Positions 48,907 to 62,257 of a DNA stretch of 64,000 bases are shown here, in pieces (within the stretch, counting starts at the first letter, position 1; each line of letters opens with the position of its first letter). Position numbers and translations under genes: made by a program. This stretch comes from Mobula hypostoma. Its lineage: Eukaryota. The notes beneath the pieces are model-generated. The model worked only from the letters and a program-made list of their open reading frames with translations. It ran no database searches and was not told where the DNA came from. The stretch is taken from assembly GCF_963921235.1 (NCBI RefSeq), contig NC_086097.1, positions 248,994,001-249,058,000 of the forward strand. The letters are read 5' to 3'.

Positions 48907-50239
48907 GCAAAGTCAAAGTCACAAATCCCATTTCTTCTCCATTCTGATGTTTGGTCTGAACAACAACTGAACCTCGTGACCATGTCTGCATGTTTCCATG
49001 CATTGAGTTGCAGCCACATGATTGGCTGATGAGATATTTGCATTAACGAGCAGGTGTAGAGGTGTACCTAATAAAGTGAACACGAGTCAACGAGTTCAAC
49101 TGCATTTTTATTTTGAGAATTTTTTTTATATCAAGGCAATCTAACTGTCTCGCAGGGAGATAAACCAGTGAATCAAAAGTTTTGGCTATGTCCCAAATGT
49201 GGATCCCAAGTTATAATGGAACGTAGAACAGTACAGCACAGGAAAGGCCCTTCAACCCACAATGTTGAGCCGAACCAATTAAATTAGTAATTAAAATGCT
49301 AACCTAATGAATTTCTTTACCTATATCCTTCCATTTTTCTTACATTCATGTGTCTATCAAATGTCTCTTAATAGCCCGTAATGTGTCTGCCTCTACCCTT
49401 CCCCCAGGCAGCGCATTCCAGACACCCACCACTCCCTGTGTAAAAAAAACTTGCCCCTCACATCTCCTTTGAAATTACCCCCTTTCACCTTAAATGCATG
49501 CCCTCTGGTATTAGACATTACAGCCGTGGGAAAAAGATATTGTCTGTCTGCTCTATCTAATAATCTGCCTCATAATCTTATAAACCTCTAATGAAGTAAC
49601 ACAATCCTAAATCTGCAATGATTTTAATAGTCAAAACAAACTCCCAACTCTGTCGTTCATGGAGATGAGTCAACAGAAGAAATCCACGCAGTTGAAAAGG
49701 AAATGTTGAATTAAATGCCTTTATTGTCTGTATATGTCTCTCACAAGCTGAAACAAAACAGCTCTTTGGCTCTGCAACACCACTGGGATTTATTAAAGGG
49801 AAGCTTCAGATATCCGATTCTCAAAAGAAATCTTTGCTTATTTTTGGAAATCAGGGTGGAAAGTTTAGTAAGATGACGACGCTGCAGATTAGAGATTAGT
49901 GTAATTACTTTACAGTGCTTACAGTCATCAGTCGGGGTTCAACCCCCGCTGTTATGCTTCCCGTGACTGCGTGGGCTTCCTCCGAGTGCCCCGGTTTCCT
50001 CCCACATTCCAAAGACGTATAGGTTGGGGCTTGTGAGTTGGGACATGCTTTTCCTGCTGCAGTCAAGGTCAGAAATTAATTATGTTCCACTTGTAACATA
50101 GTTGAGCAGACGGCTCTGATATAGAGAGCTCAGTAAAGACAAAAAATGCCAGAGGTTCTTGGGATCTCGGGCTCCACATCCATAGATGCCTCAAAGTTGT
50201 CACACAAGTTGATAGGGTTGTTAATAAGTTGTATGGTGT

Positions 50240-51790
50240 CATTTTTCCCTCGCCCCTCCTCTCTTCTATTATTCCCCACTCTAGCCTCTTTTATCTTCTC
50301 CTCACCTGCCTATCACCTTCCCCTCCTCCTTCTCTTCCTCCTATGGTCAACTCTCCTCTCCTATCGGATTCCTTCTTCTCCAGGCCTTTACCTTTTCCAC
50401 CCACCTGGCTTCACCTCTCACCTTCCAGCTACCCTTCTCCCCCCCCCCTTTTTTATTCTGGCATCTTCTCCCTTCCTTCTCAGTCCTGGAGAAGGGTCTC
50501 AGCCCAAAACACCATTGATGCTGCCAGGCCTGCTGAGTTCCTCCAGCATTTTGTATATGTTGCTCTGGATTTCCAGCATTTGCAGAATTTCTCATGTTTA
50601 TGATTGGAATATTGTGTTCAGATCTGGTCACCTCATATCAGAAGAATGTAGAAGTTTAGAGAGGGTGCAGAGGAGATTTACCAGGGTGCTGCCTGGATTT
50701 GAGGGTATGTCTAACGAGGATCGGTTGAGCGAGTTAGGACTTTTCTCTTTGGAGCAAAAGAGGATGAGAAGTGACATGACAGAGGTGTACAAGATGATAA
50801 GAGGCACAGATCGAATGGGTATCCAGAGACTTTTTTTTCCAGGTCAAAAATGGCTAATACGAGAGCATAATTTTAAGGTGATTGGAGAAAAGTATAGAGG
50901 GATGTCAGAGAGTGGTGGGTGCATGGAACGCCCTGTCAGGGGTGGTGGCAGAGGCTGATACATTAGGGGCATTTAGGAAATTCTTAGATAGGGAAATGGA
51001 TGATAGAAAATAGAATCTAAAATAAAGGCAGAAAATCATGCCTTACTCAGTGAGCAGTAATTGCAGAGACCATTTATAGACCCTCAAAGTCATAGAGTCA
51101 TAGAAAAGTACAGCACAGAACTAGGCCCTTCAGCCCATCTAGTCTGTGCCAATCCATTTAAACTTCCTACCCCCAGTGACCTGCACTGGGACCTCAGCCT
51201 TCCGTACCCCTGCCATCCATGTACCTATCCAAATTTCTCTTAAACGTTGAAATCAGGCTTGCGTACTTGTGTTGACAGCTCGTTCCATACTCTCACCACC
51301 CTCTGAGGAAGGAACTTTCCTCTCATGTTCCCCTTAAACTTCTCACTTTCACCCTTAACCCATGACCTCTAGTTGTAGTCCCACCCAAACTCAGTGGAAA
51401 AAAACTACTTGCATTTACCCATCTATACCCCTCATAATTTTGTATATTTCTATCAAATCTCCCCTCAATCTTCTATATTCCAAGGAATAATGTCCTAACT
51501 TATTCAATCTTGCCTTATAATTCTGGTCCTCCAGTTCCGGCAACATCCTTGTAAATTTCCTTTGCACTCTTTCGAACTCATTTACATCTTTCTTGTAGGT
51601 AGATGACCAAAACTGCCCACAATACTCCAAATTACGCCTCAGCAACGTCCCTTCAACATATTATCCCATCACCTGTCCGCAATACTTTGACTTATGAAGG
51701 CCAAAGTGCCGAAAGTTTTATTTACAACGTTATCTCCCTGTGACGCCACATTCATTGAATTATGGATCTGCGTTCCCAGATCCCTCTGTT
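50240..51790. mobile_element. PLE pLTR (50240-50598 +) followed by CR1 fragments (50600-51010 + and 51090-51790 -)
   Basis: Hammerhead remnant 50482-50512; ORF 50146..50958 (chimeric) and 51415..51645. Confidence 0.7.
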
Positions 51791-52585
51791 CATCAAGAAA
51801 TTTAAAATCTAAACATGTCTTACATTGCGGAGAAGATGGAAAGCCGGAGAGAATGGAGGAAACATCTGTGATAGGGTTGAGACCAAGAATTGACAGGCAT
51901 AAAGTGGTGGTTGTGGCAGAATCACTATCAGATTTGTTACCACTGACATATGTCATGAAATTTGTTGTTTTACAGCAACAGTACAGAGCAATACATAAAA
52001 TGTTACCGTAACTTGCAATAATAAATATTTTAGAAATAAATAAGAAGTGCAAAAAGAGAGCAAATTGAGGAAGTGTTCATGGGTTCATAGACCATTCAGG
52101 TATCTGATGACGGCAGAGGGGAAGAAACCATTGCTGAAACATTGCGTGTGTGTCTTCAGGCTCCTGTACCTCCTCGCTGACAGGTAGTAATGAGAAGAGG
52201 GCACGTCCTGGATGATGGATGCTGCTCACCTTCTTCAGGCATTGCCTTTTGATGTCGTCCTCAATGGTGGGGAGACTAGTGCCTATGATGGGGCTGGCTG
52301 AATTTACAGCTTTCTGCAGCTTTTTCCGATCCTGTGCAGTGATACCTCTATACCAAACACAACCAGTTTGAATGCCCTCCACAGTACATCTGTAGAAATA
52401 GGCCAGAGTTTTTTGGTGAATGCCAAATTTCCTCAAATTCATAATGAAATATAGCCACTGGGCATTTCTTCATAACCTCGTCAGTATGTTGGGCCCAAGA
52501 CAAATCCTCAGAGATGTTGGCATTCAAGCAGCGGGGAGAGGATGGTCAAGACTGCTGATTGGCTGAGAGGAGATGCAAGTAGAAG

Positions 52586-53068
52586 TTTAGAAATTTAGAA
52601 TAGTACAGCACAGTACAGGCCCTTTGGCCCACAATGTTGTGCTGACCCTCAAACCCTGCCTCCCATATAACCCCCCACCTTAAATTCCTCCATATAACCT
52701 GTCTAGTAGTCTCTTAAACTTCACTAGTGTATCTGCCTCCACCACTGACTCAGGCAGTGCATTCCATGCACCAACCACTCTCTGAGTTAAAAACCTTCCT
52801 CTAATATCCCCCTTGAACTTCACACCCCTTACCTTAAAGCCATGTCCTCTTGTATTGAGCAGTGGTGCCCTGGGGAAGAGGAGCTGGCTATCCACTCTAT
52901 CTATTCCTCTTATTATCTTGTACACCTCTATCATGTCTCCTCTCGTCCTCCTTCTCTGCAAAGAGTAAAGCTCTAGCTCCCTTAATCTCTGATCATAATG
53001 CATACTTTCTAAACCAGGCAGCATCCTGGTAAATCTCCTCTGTACCCTTTCCAATGCTTCCACATCCT
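52586..53068 (-). mobile_element. Young CR1 subfamily C 3' fragment
   Basis: C-terminal part of ORF 52680..53324; TSD GTAGAAG at 52579-52585 and 53069-53075. Confidence 0.88.
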
Positions 53069-53256
53069 GTAGAAGGATATAATGTAAGCAGAGCAGAGAG
53101 AAAACAAAGGAATTGGGAGACAAATGCTGGAAATGAAGAATAACCCCCTGGTAAGGAAGACAAGACAAATGCTGAATGACAAAGGGAGATTGCAGACACA
53201 AGAGACTCCAGATACTAGAATCTGCAACAGCACACAAAATGCTGAAGGAACTCAAG

Positions 53257-55200
53257 AGGGTAAACCCTCGCAAGGTGACAGGCCCTGATGAAGTACCTGG
53301 TAAGGCTCTGGAAACTTGTGCCAACTAACTGGAGAGGTGTTCAAAGACATTTTCAATCTCTCACTGCTATCGTCGGAGATCAACCATGATGGAATGGCAG
53401 AGCAAATTGAATGGGTTGAATGGCCTAATTCTGCTCCTATGTTTTATGGTCTCATGGTCTAAGTTCCCACCTGCTTCAAAAGGACAGCAATCTAACAGTA
53501 CCCAAGAAGAACAGAGTGAACTGCCTTAATGACTATCATCCTGTAGCACTCACATCTGTGGTGATTAAATGCTTTAGAAGGTTGGTTGTGGCTAGAATCA
53601 ACTCCTGTCTCACCTCAGCATTTAACACAATCATTCCTACAGTTCCAGTTGAAAAGCTAAATTGAACCTGGGCCCCTGTACCTCCCTCTACAACTGGATC
53701 CTTGACTTCCTAGCTGGAGGACTATCATCTGTGTGGGTTAGAAATAACATCTCCATCTCTCTGGTGATCAACACTGGTGCACTTCAGGGATGTGGGCCGA
53801 GTGCACTGCCCCACCCTCTCTGCACCCATCACTGTGTGGCTAGGCATGGCTCAAATTACATCTACAAATTTGCTGACGGTACAACCGTTGTTGGCAGAGT
53901 TTCAGCTGGTGAGAAGGGGGCGTACAGGAGTGAGATATGTCAGTTGGTTGAGTGGTGCCATAGCAATAATCTTGAACTCAACGTCAGAAAGACGGAAGAA
54001 CTGATTGTGGAGTTCAGGAAGGGTAAGACGAGAGAGAACACGTCAGTCCTCAGAGAGGGATCAGCAGTGGAAAGAGTGAGCAATTTCATGTTTCTAGGTG
54101 TCAGTATCTGTGAGGGTCTAACCTGGACTCGACATACCGATGCAGCTATAAAGAAGGCAAGACTGCGGCTGTATTTCATTAGGAGTTTGAGAGGATTTGG
54201 ATGTCTCCAAAAACACTCGCGAGCTTCTACAGATATACTGTGGAGAGCATTCTTACTGGTTGCATCACAGTCTGGTAACTGGGGGAGGGAGTGGTACTGC
54301 ACAGGACTGAAATAAGCTGCAGAGAGTTGTAAACTTAGTCAGCTCCATCATCAGCACTAGCCTTCATAGCCCTTCATAGTGTCAAGGAGCAATGTCTCAG
54401 AAAGGCGTCGTCCATCATTAAGGACCCCCATCACCCAGGCCATGCCTTGTTCTCATTGCTACCTTCGATCTATACTACCCTCAACTGCAGGGCGTTGCAG
54501 AGAGTGGTGCGGACCGCCCAGCACATCTGTGGATGTGAACTGTCCTGTATTCAGGATATTTACAGCTGTAGGTGTGTAAAAAGGGCCTGGAGGGTCATCA
54601 GGGACTCCAGCCACCCCAACCACAAACTGTTCCAGCTGCTACCTTCTGGCAAATGGTACCATAGCATTAAGGCCACGGTCAGCAGGCTCTGGGACAGCTT
54701 CCTTCACCAGGCCATTAGATTGATCAGTACACACTGATCTGATTGCATATCTGACTGTACATATATGTATACAAGACAATTCTGTATCCAATCTTAGTGC
54801 TTGGGCAATATCATCCCACATTTCCCTTCCTTATTGCTTGTACATTAAGACAGAGACACAACATAAAGATTTTTACTGCCTTGGATGCAAGGAATGAAAT
54901 AAATACAAATATTATACCATCAGGAAGGAGGTACAGAAGCCTGAAGACACACACTCAGCGATTTAGGAACAGCTTCTTCCCCTCTGCCATCCAATTCCTG
55001 AATGGACATTGAAGCTTTGAACACTACGTTACTACGGTTTTTTATTTCCATTTTGGACTGCTTATTTAATGTAACCATTTAATACAGTATATACTTACTG
55101 CAATTCAGAGTTTTTTTCTCTACTATTACGTATCAGAATGTACTGCTGCCACAAAGACAGCAGATTTCATGACACATGCTGGTGATATTAAACCTGGTTC
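53257..55200 (+). mobile_element. Rex1/Babar LINE RT plus 3' end, with a second Rex1 3' end nested at about 54465-54905
   Basis: ORF 53662..54315 (WILDFL, GALQGC, YKFADGTTVVG, LNVRKTEELIVEFRK), 54447..54737 and 54797..55012. Confidence 0.85.
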
Positions 55201-56689
55201 TGATTCTGATCTATCCCCACATGGTGTTTCGTAGGCCGGGGTCGACCGTGGATGTTGATTCCCAGCTGTCTACATGTTGTGCAACTCAGTACACATGCCA
55301 GGACAGTACGTTGGAGAGCGAGCTGTTGCCCATGTAGTGAGCACCCCCTCTCCACGCAGCTGATGAGCCCAAAGGAACAGCAGAGACCGATACAGTTTGG
55401 CACCTGCGGCATCGCAGGAGTTGCCAGTCAGCGATAAACTCAACGTAGGACTGCCTTAGGGACTCCAACTCCACACTTACCCTTGGGGTTTTCTCCCAAA
55501 GCCTCCCCCGTGAGTGGGAATGGTGGCAAGGCAGCAGAGGTTTGAGGTCAGGAGCTTTCCTTCCCCTAACTGAGCTGCCAACCACGACTGACAAGCACAA
55601 TCTGCCCGAAGCGACTGGTTTTAAGTCACTAGTAACTGGCCTTTGCCCCTCCTCCTGTCAGTAGAAATGGTTCCGCCGAGCTTAGTAGCTAAGCCACACA
55701 TGAAGGCCAGGAGCTGGACTTGGTTGTCAGAGGCTGGTTGAAATGCACGCCATTGGGAGCGTTTAATAGATTGTGGCAGCTTATCCCCACTACCAGCACC
55801 GGATGTAAGGAACCCCCTCATCCCTTTACACCAGGCATTCTCAGCCTGAGGTCCACAGACCCCTCTGTTAATGGTAAGGCTCGTTGGCATAAAACAGGTT
55901 GGGAACCCCTGCCTTCTGCCAGTCATCAATCAGAGGATTCACGCCATGGTGCCTGTCACCTTAGTGTAAAAATATATAAATTCTGATCCAAGAGAAAGGA
56001 GAGTGACATGAAGAGCAATCAGTTCACAACCAGAAAATCACTTGGAACCAACGCTCTGAGTGATTTGGACATTTAATACAAACAGACTCTGGTTCATTGA
56101 CAAATACAGTTCAACATACTGAACGGATTTTCCCCTTGCGTTGCAAGTTGTGTTTGGTGGCAGCGATGTCGCTGGCTGCTGTCACCCTTGGGACCTTGCC
56201 ATTTAAATGATTAAAATCTAACTCTGAAGGACACATGCTGCCACTATCAGGTCCCATGAGACCTGCTGACTAATTTGCCTTTATGTTGATCCTGACAGCC
56301 AACCCCCAAACCCAACTAATTTAGGCCAGGACTTATTAAAGTGGTTGCCTGGTTACACCACGCTGGTTACTACCCCTCAACCACCCAGCTCTTGAATAAA
56401 AGGGGATAACTACACTCACTTGCCCCATCATTGAACTGTACGTGCAGCCAATGATCTCACTTTAAGGACTCTTTATCTCATCATCTCTTGTTCTCATTAT
56501 TTATTGCTATTTATTTATATTTGCATTTGCACAGTTTGTTGTTTTCTGCACTCTGGTTGATCTTTCATTGATCCTGTTTACAGTTACTATTCTATAGATT
56601 TGCTGAGTATGCCTGCAGGAAAATGAATCTCAGGGTTGTATACAATGACATTTATGTACTCTGATTATAAAATTGACTTTGATCTTTGA

Positions 56690-58375
56690 ATATCGTGTTC
56701 AGTTCTGATTGCCCCATAATAGGAAGAAAGTGGAAGCTTTAGAGAGGGTGCAGAGGAGACTTATCAGAATAATGCCTGGATTAGAGAGCATGTGTTATGG
56801 GGATAGGTTGAGTGAAATTGAGTAAGCTTGGGCTTTTCTCTTTGGAGGAAAGGATTATGAGCGGTGACTGAGATGAACAAGATGATAAGAGGCATAGATC
56901 GAATGAAGTGGCCAATACGAGGGGGCATAATTCAGGTGATTGGATGAAGGTACAGGGGATATCAAAGGTATTGTTTTGACACTGAGAGCAGTGGTTACAT
57001 GGAACGCCTGCCAGGGATGGGGGTAAAGGCAGATATAGGGACAGTTAGGAAAATCTTAGATAGTCACATGGATGATAAAAAAATGGAGAGTTATGAGAGG
57101 GAATCCATAGGAGAGGTAGCTTTCAGAATCGGCGTATGTAGTGAAATATGTTGGCAGCAGTACCTTGCAATACACACATATATATATGTAATTAAATTAA
57201 ATAAGTAGTGCAAAAGCATAGTGAGGTAGTGTACATGGGTTCCATGTCCATTCAGAAATCAGACGGCAGAGGGGAAGAAGCTGTTCCTGAATCTTTGAGT
57301 GTGTGTCTTCAGGCTCCTGTACCTCCTCCCTGATGGTAGCAATGAGAAGAGGGCATGTCCTGGGTGATGAGGGCCCTTAATGAAGGATGCCTCCTTTTTG
57401 AGGCATCACTCCTTGAAGATACCCTGGATACTGGGGAGGCTTGTGCCCGTGATGGAGCTGACTGAGTTCACAACTCTCTGCAGCTTATTTCCATCCTGTG
57501 CAGTGCCACCTCAGACCAGGTGGTGATGCAGCCAGTTAGAAAACTGTCCGTGGCACATCTGTAGAAATTTATGAGTGCCTTTGGTGACACACCATATCTC
57601 CTCAAACTCAGCGATACGACCGTCAATTCAGTAAAGTGTGAAGTGATTCACTTTGGAAGGTCAAACCTGAAGGCAGAGTAAAGGGTTAATGGCAGGATTC
57701 TCAACAGGATGGAGGGACAGATCCATAGATCCCTCAAAGTTGCAGTGCAGGTCGATAGGGTTGTTAAGAAGGTGGACGGTGTGCTGGCCTCCATTAGTTG
57801 GGAGATTGAGTTCAAGAGCCATAAGGTAATGTTGCAGCTCCATAAAACTCTATAGTTATACCAGACTTGGAGTAGTGTGGAGTATTGCTCTAGTTGCCTC
57901 ATTATAAGAAGTATGTAGATGCTTTAGAGGGTGTGCAGAGGAGATTTACCAGGATGCTCCCTGTATTAGAGAGCATGTCTTATGAGCAGAGGTTGAGCGA
58001 GCCAGGACTTTTCTCTTTGGACGAGAAATGATTGATAGAAGTGAACAAGATGGTAAGAGGTACAGTTAGAGTAGATAGCCAGAGACTTTTTCTTGGGTAT
58101 ATATAGCTAATATGAGGGGCCAGAACTGTGTGTTTGGGAGAAAGTATAGAGGGGATGTCAGAAATGGGTTTTTCACACAGAGCGGTCGTGTGTGGCAGGC
58201 CCTGCCAGAGATCCTGGTAGAGGCAGATACAGTGGGGACGTTTAAGGTTCTGTTTGACACGTGGATGAAAAATGGAGGGTTATGTAGGAAGGAAGGGTTA
58301 GATTGATGTCTAGAGTAGATTAGTGGTTTGGCGCAACCTTGAGGGCCAAAGGGCCTGTACCGTGCTGTGATTGTT
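56690..58375. mobile_element. Decayed CR1 (+) and Rex1 (-, 57110-57610) fragments
   Basis: ttagagagggtgcagaggaga CR1 motif occurs twice; Rex 3' motif cctgatggtagcaatgagaagagggcatg. Confidence 0.7.
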
Positions 58376-58531
58376 GTTGACCGCTCCTTCCTCTCGCCTT
58401 TTCTTTTAATTAGTAGAGGCCGTCTGTGCTGGGGTGCCTCAACCAGTAGATAACTAGAGTCCCCTGCTCATCTTCAGCTGTGTACGTGAGACCGTGGAAA
58501 ACTCACCTGCTTTGTGCTGTTCTTTCCTCAG

Positions 58532-58567
58532 GGACCGAAAGGTGCGAAAGGTGACCAAGGAACAAAG
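58532..58567 (+). CDS. COL15A1: Multiplexin collagen exon, 36 nt, GPKGAKGDQGTK
   Basis: Acceptor ttctttcctcag, donor AAG|gtaagt. Confidence 0.92.
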
Positions 58568-59719
58568 GTAAGTCTCCGTTATCTTTGTCAACATTACAGG
58601 CCAACTACTGGGGAAGAGGGGGAAGGACTTACATTCACACGGCACCATTCATGACCTCAATGTATCCCAAATCCCACCACTCCACTAAAACTCTTCCTCA
58701 ATAAGCAAGATTGGCCATTAGACCGTGGCATGTGATGTTGCAGCGGCAATGGCGATCAAGATCGTTTCATGGGCACTTATTGAAGCACAATGTTAGAAAT
58801 TGATTAGCTGTGTGTTCATATTAGACAAAAACTTTGAAAAGTCGTGGTGTCGGGGCCGGGGGTCGAAGGATGGGCCAGAGTTCACCTCACGGCTCTGCGC
58901 AGTTTGCTCATCTCTGCATTGAACTGAGGTTGTGGCCTGTAACTAACAGGCTCCTGGACCGGCTGCAGCGATGAACAGTTTTCGTTGCTGCGGACTCACT
59001 TTCGTGAATATTATATGTCATTGGTTTACTTTTTATTGTTCGCATGATTCATTCTTCTTTTCACACATTGGGTGTTGACAATGTGTTCTATTGGGTTTCT
59101 TTCTTTTGTGGCTGCCTGTAAGGAGATGAATTTCAAGGTTATACTTTGATAATAAATGTATATTGAACTTTGTTCATGCACTTTGGTAGAAAGAATAAAG
59201 GCGTAGACTATTATCTGAACAGGGTGAAAAGTCAGAAGTCGAAGGTCTTATGGTCTCATTCTCCTACACTCCAGGAAATAAAGTCCAACATTTTCAACTT
59301 TTTCTTCAAATCTCAGCAACAGCCTTGTAAATTTCCTCTACACTCTTTCAATCTTATTGATATCTTTCCTGTAAGGAAGTGACCAGAACTGCAGAGAACG
59401 AAGAAGGAAGAACACTACCTCACTGTACAGGCCCTTTGTGCCAACTTTTTAACCCTTTTTTAACTCTAAGATCAATCAAACCCTTCCCCCCTACATAATT
59501 CTCAATTTTTCCGTCATCCTCTCAAATGTCCCTAATGTATCTGCCTCTACCACCACTCCCTGGCAAGGCATTCCATGCACCCACCACTTGCTGTGTAAAG
59601 ATCTTCACACTTCACTCATTTCACACAGTTAATAGCATTATCTTGGGATGGCGAGGTTTATTAGCCAGCAGTTCCATAATGCATTTCACAAACCAATACT
59701 ACTTTATGTAATGGCACAG

Positions 59720-59794
59720 GGTGAACGTGGCCGAGACGGCGTCAGTATACCAGGACCGCCTGGCCCTCCAGGAGCCATTATGACGCTGCACGAG
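59720..59794 (+). CDS. COL15A1: Multiplexin collagen exon, 75 nt, GERGRDGVSIPGPPGPPGAIMTLHE
   Basis: Acceptor ggcacag, donor GAG|gtgagt; inside ORF 59648..59830. Confidence 0.92.
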
Positions 59795-60010
59795 GTGAGT
59801 GAAACAACCTTTCGCCGAAGTCTTGTCTGATGGTTCCTTACTCTGGATGAACCAACTCTCCCAATGTGATTCCATATTTCAGTTGCTGGGGAACAACACT
59901 GAGGAAGTTCTAAAGATGAATGGAATCCAGCTACCACCTCGACCTTCTGTGAGTATTCATCCCTAAGCTAATGGTGCACTTCGACTTCAAACCCTTCTGA
60001 GTTTAATTAA

Positions 60011-60309
60011 AGGCATCCGTTAGTCTTGCGAGACCATGGATCTGCACCTGGAAAGTCTTCACTCTCCAGGGAACAGGCCTGGGCAAGGTTGTGTGGAAGA
60101 CCAGCAGTTGCCCATGCTGCAAGTCTCCCCTCTCCATGACACCGATGTTGCCCAAGGGAAGGGCATTAGGACCCATACAGCTTGGCACCAGTGTCGTCGC
60201 AGAGCAGTGTGTGATTAAGTGCCTTGCTCAAGGACACAACACACTGCCTCAGCTGGGGCTCGAACTCATGACCTTCAGGTCGCTAGTCCAATGCCTTGGC
60301 CACGTGCCC
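60011..60309 (-). mobile_element. tRNA-derived CORE-type SINE
   Basis: Homologous to 22995-23293. Confidence 0.75.
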
Positions 60310-60420
60310 ACTGAGTTTAATAGTGGGAACAAAATCCTGCATTTAGCAATGGACCTATGGCAGGTCTTCAAACCCATTTTAATACCATAAGAATGATCTA
60401 TTTAGAGCTATGAGATACAC

Positions 60421-60986
60421 TTCAGCAACACACACAAAATGCTGGAGGAACTCAGCAGGCCAGGCAGCATCTATGAGAAAAGAGTAAACAGTCGGCATAT
60501 CGGGCCGAGACCCTTCATCAGCGGACTGGAGAAAAAAGATGAGGAGTTGGAGGAAGAAGGTGGGGGGAGGAGAGGAAGGTGGTAGGTGATAGGTGAAACC
60601 AGGAGAGGGGGAAGGGTGAATTAAAGAGCTGGGAAGTCAATTGGTGAAAAATATAAAGGGTTGGAGAAGGGGGAGTCTGATAAGAGAGGACAGAAGGCCA
60701 CAGAAGAAAGGAAAGGAGGAGGAAATAATGTGCAAGAAGGATATAGGAATAGGGAATGGTGAAGGGGAGAGGGGTGCAATTACTGGAAGTTTGAGAAATC
60801 GATGTTGATGCCATGAATATTGATTTCTCGAACCTCCAGAAGCAAGAACATCAATTTCTCAAACTTCTGGTAATCAGTCCCCTTTCACCATTCCCCATTC
60901 CCATTTCCCTCTCTCATTTTATCTCCTTACCTGCCCATCACCTCCCTCTGGTTCTCCTCCCCCTTCCCTTTCTTCCATGGCCTTCC
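60421..60986. mobile_element. Head-to-head Penelope-like pLTR copies
   Basis: 60421-60815 (-) mirrors 60813-60986 (+) around gagaaatcgatg..catg|aatattgatttctc; hammerhead remnant 60490-60527. Confidence 0.7.
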
Positions 60987-61713
60987 GTCAGATTCTTAGG
61001 CAGCCTAGCTATGTATTTGTGCCTAATACTTTTGCACAATACTTTATATAAATGAGGGAAGCAGATAATAGGAAGCAGTGTTGTATGTAATGACATGTAT
61101 GTACTCTGATAATAAATTTTACTTTGAATTTTGAACTTTTAATTATTTAATCTGTATCAAAAGTATGCAAGACAAGCTTTTCACTCTATCTCAGTAGGTG
61201 ATAATAATAAATGGCTTCCAATTCCAAACACACAAGCCAGTCTTCATCTTCATTCCTCATGATATCTTCAAGATCTTCAAAACTGTTTAATGTCATTTCC
61301 AGTACACAAGTGTAGAGGATAAACTCATTGTTACTCCAGATCCGATGCAGCACAAAAAAACACAATAAGATAAAGAACACAATAATATAAAAACACAATA
61401 AATATAAATACATAAGAATGCTTATATACATAGATTGATTATTTGTTCATAAAGTGATGCTAAGCTCAGGAGTGTCTGTACATTAGGCGACCGGGAGGAA
61501 ATGATAAAGTTGTGGTGTTTGGGAGTGTGGTGGGGTGGGTTAGTGTGTGGAGGTGTGTGGAGTGGAGGGTGGGGGTGTGGAGGGGTGGGTTAGTGTGTGG
61601 AGTGGAGGGTGGAGGTGTTGATCAGCCTTACTGCTTGGGAAAAGTAACTGTTTTCGAGTCTGGTGGTCCTGGTGTGGATGCTACGTAGCCTCCTTCCTGA
61701 TAGGAGTGGGACA

Positions 61714-62257
61714 CGGCGCTAGCCAGGCCTCAGAGAACATTTCAGGAGTGCGGTGCTATGTGTTTTACTGGAGCGGGGCTGCACGAGGACATACCCGATC
61801 AAAACTTTTCCATGGACGGCTTCCAGACCGTTCGGGCTGACCAGAATTGCACTGAGAGCGGTAAGCGTAAAGGAGTTGGGGGCTTACTGTTCTGGTTAAC
61901 AACGGATGGTGCAATCTGGGTCATATTATGATCGAGGAACGTGTTTGTAGACCGGATATTGAACTTTTTGCTGTTGGACCCTGGCCGTATTCCACCGAGA
62001 TACAACAGTGGGCGTCACGGGAGGTTGTTCCTGCCTGTGGCCATCGAACTTTGCAGCTCCTCCCGTGGAGGGTCAGACACCCTGAGCCAATAGGCTGGTC
62101 CTGGACTTATTTCCATCTGGCATAGTTTGCATTTTGTTGTTTGATAGTTTGTGGTTTTTGTATTGCTATATTTATGCTCTATTCTTGGTTGGGCGGCTGT
62201 AACGAAACCCAATTTCCCTTGGGATCAATAAAGTATATCTATCTATCTATCTATCTA
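61714..62257 (+). mobile_element. Rex1/Babar-type LINE, endonuclease segment fused to 3' end, nested in another Rex1 (-)
   Basis: GFQTVRADQN..ESGKRKG, ERVCRPDIELFAVG, then FLPVAIEL, AATAAA and (CTAT)n. Confidence 0.75.

Larger units (their letters stand above)
48140..49087 (-). mobile_element. Tc1-like non-autonomous element interrupted by a PLE pLTR
   Basis: TIR-like ends tacacactcagtggcc.. / ..gtacctaataaagtg; GLSISETADLLGFS in ORF 48383..49003. Confidence 0.8.
5541..59794 (+). other. COL15A1: Internal part of a multiplexin collagen gene (collagen alpha-1(XV)-like; XVIII-like is the alternative), 12 exons
   Basis: 12 AG/GT-bounded exons, all multiples of 3, splice into one open 288-aa Gly-X-Y chain with interruptions carrying acidic Ser-Gly motifs (IDADGSG, GFEDMESSG), typical of collagens XV/XVIII. 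The GFE|D junction and GERGRDGVSIPGPPGPPG resemble COL15A1 as I recall it. Family call is firm; paralogue call is not. Confidence 0.7.

Noticed and set aside
50146..50958. 270-aa ORF (also 36814..37413, 48383..49003, 52680..53324)
   Set aside because: Chance read-through across adjacent PLE, CR1 and Tc1 fragments and low-complexity sequence.
61510..61620. G-rich tandem segments as a G-quadruplex or telomere-like repeat
   Set aside because: Low-complexity 3' UTR of a Rex1 fragment; no TTAGGG array.
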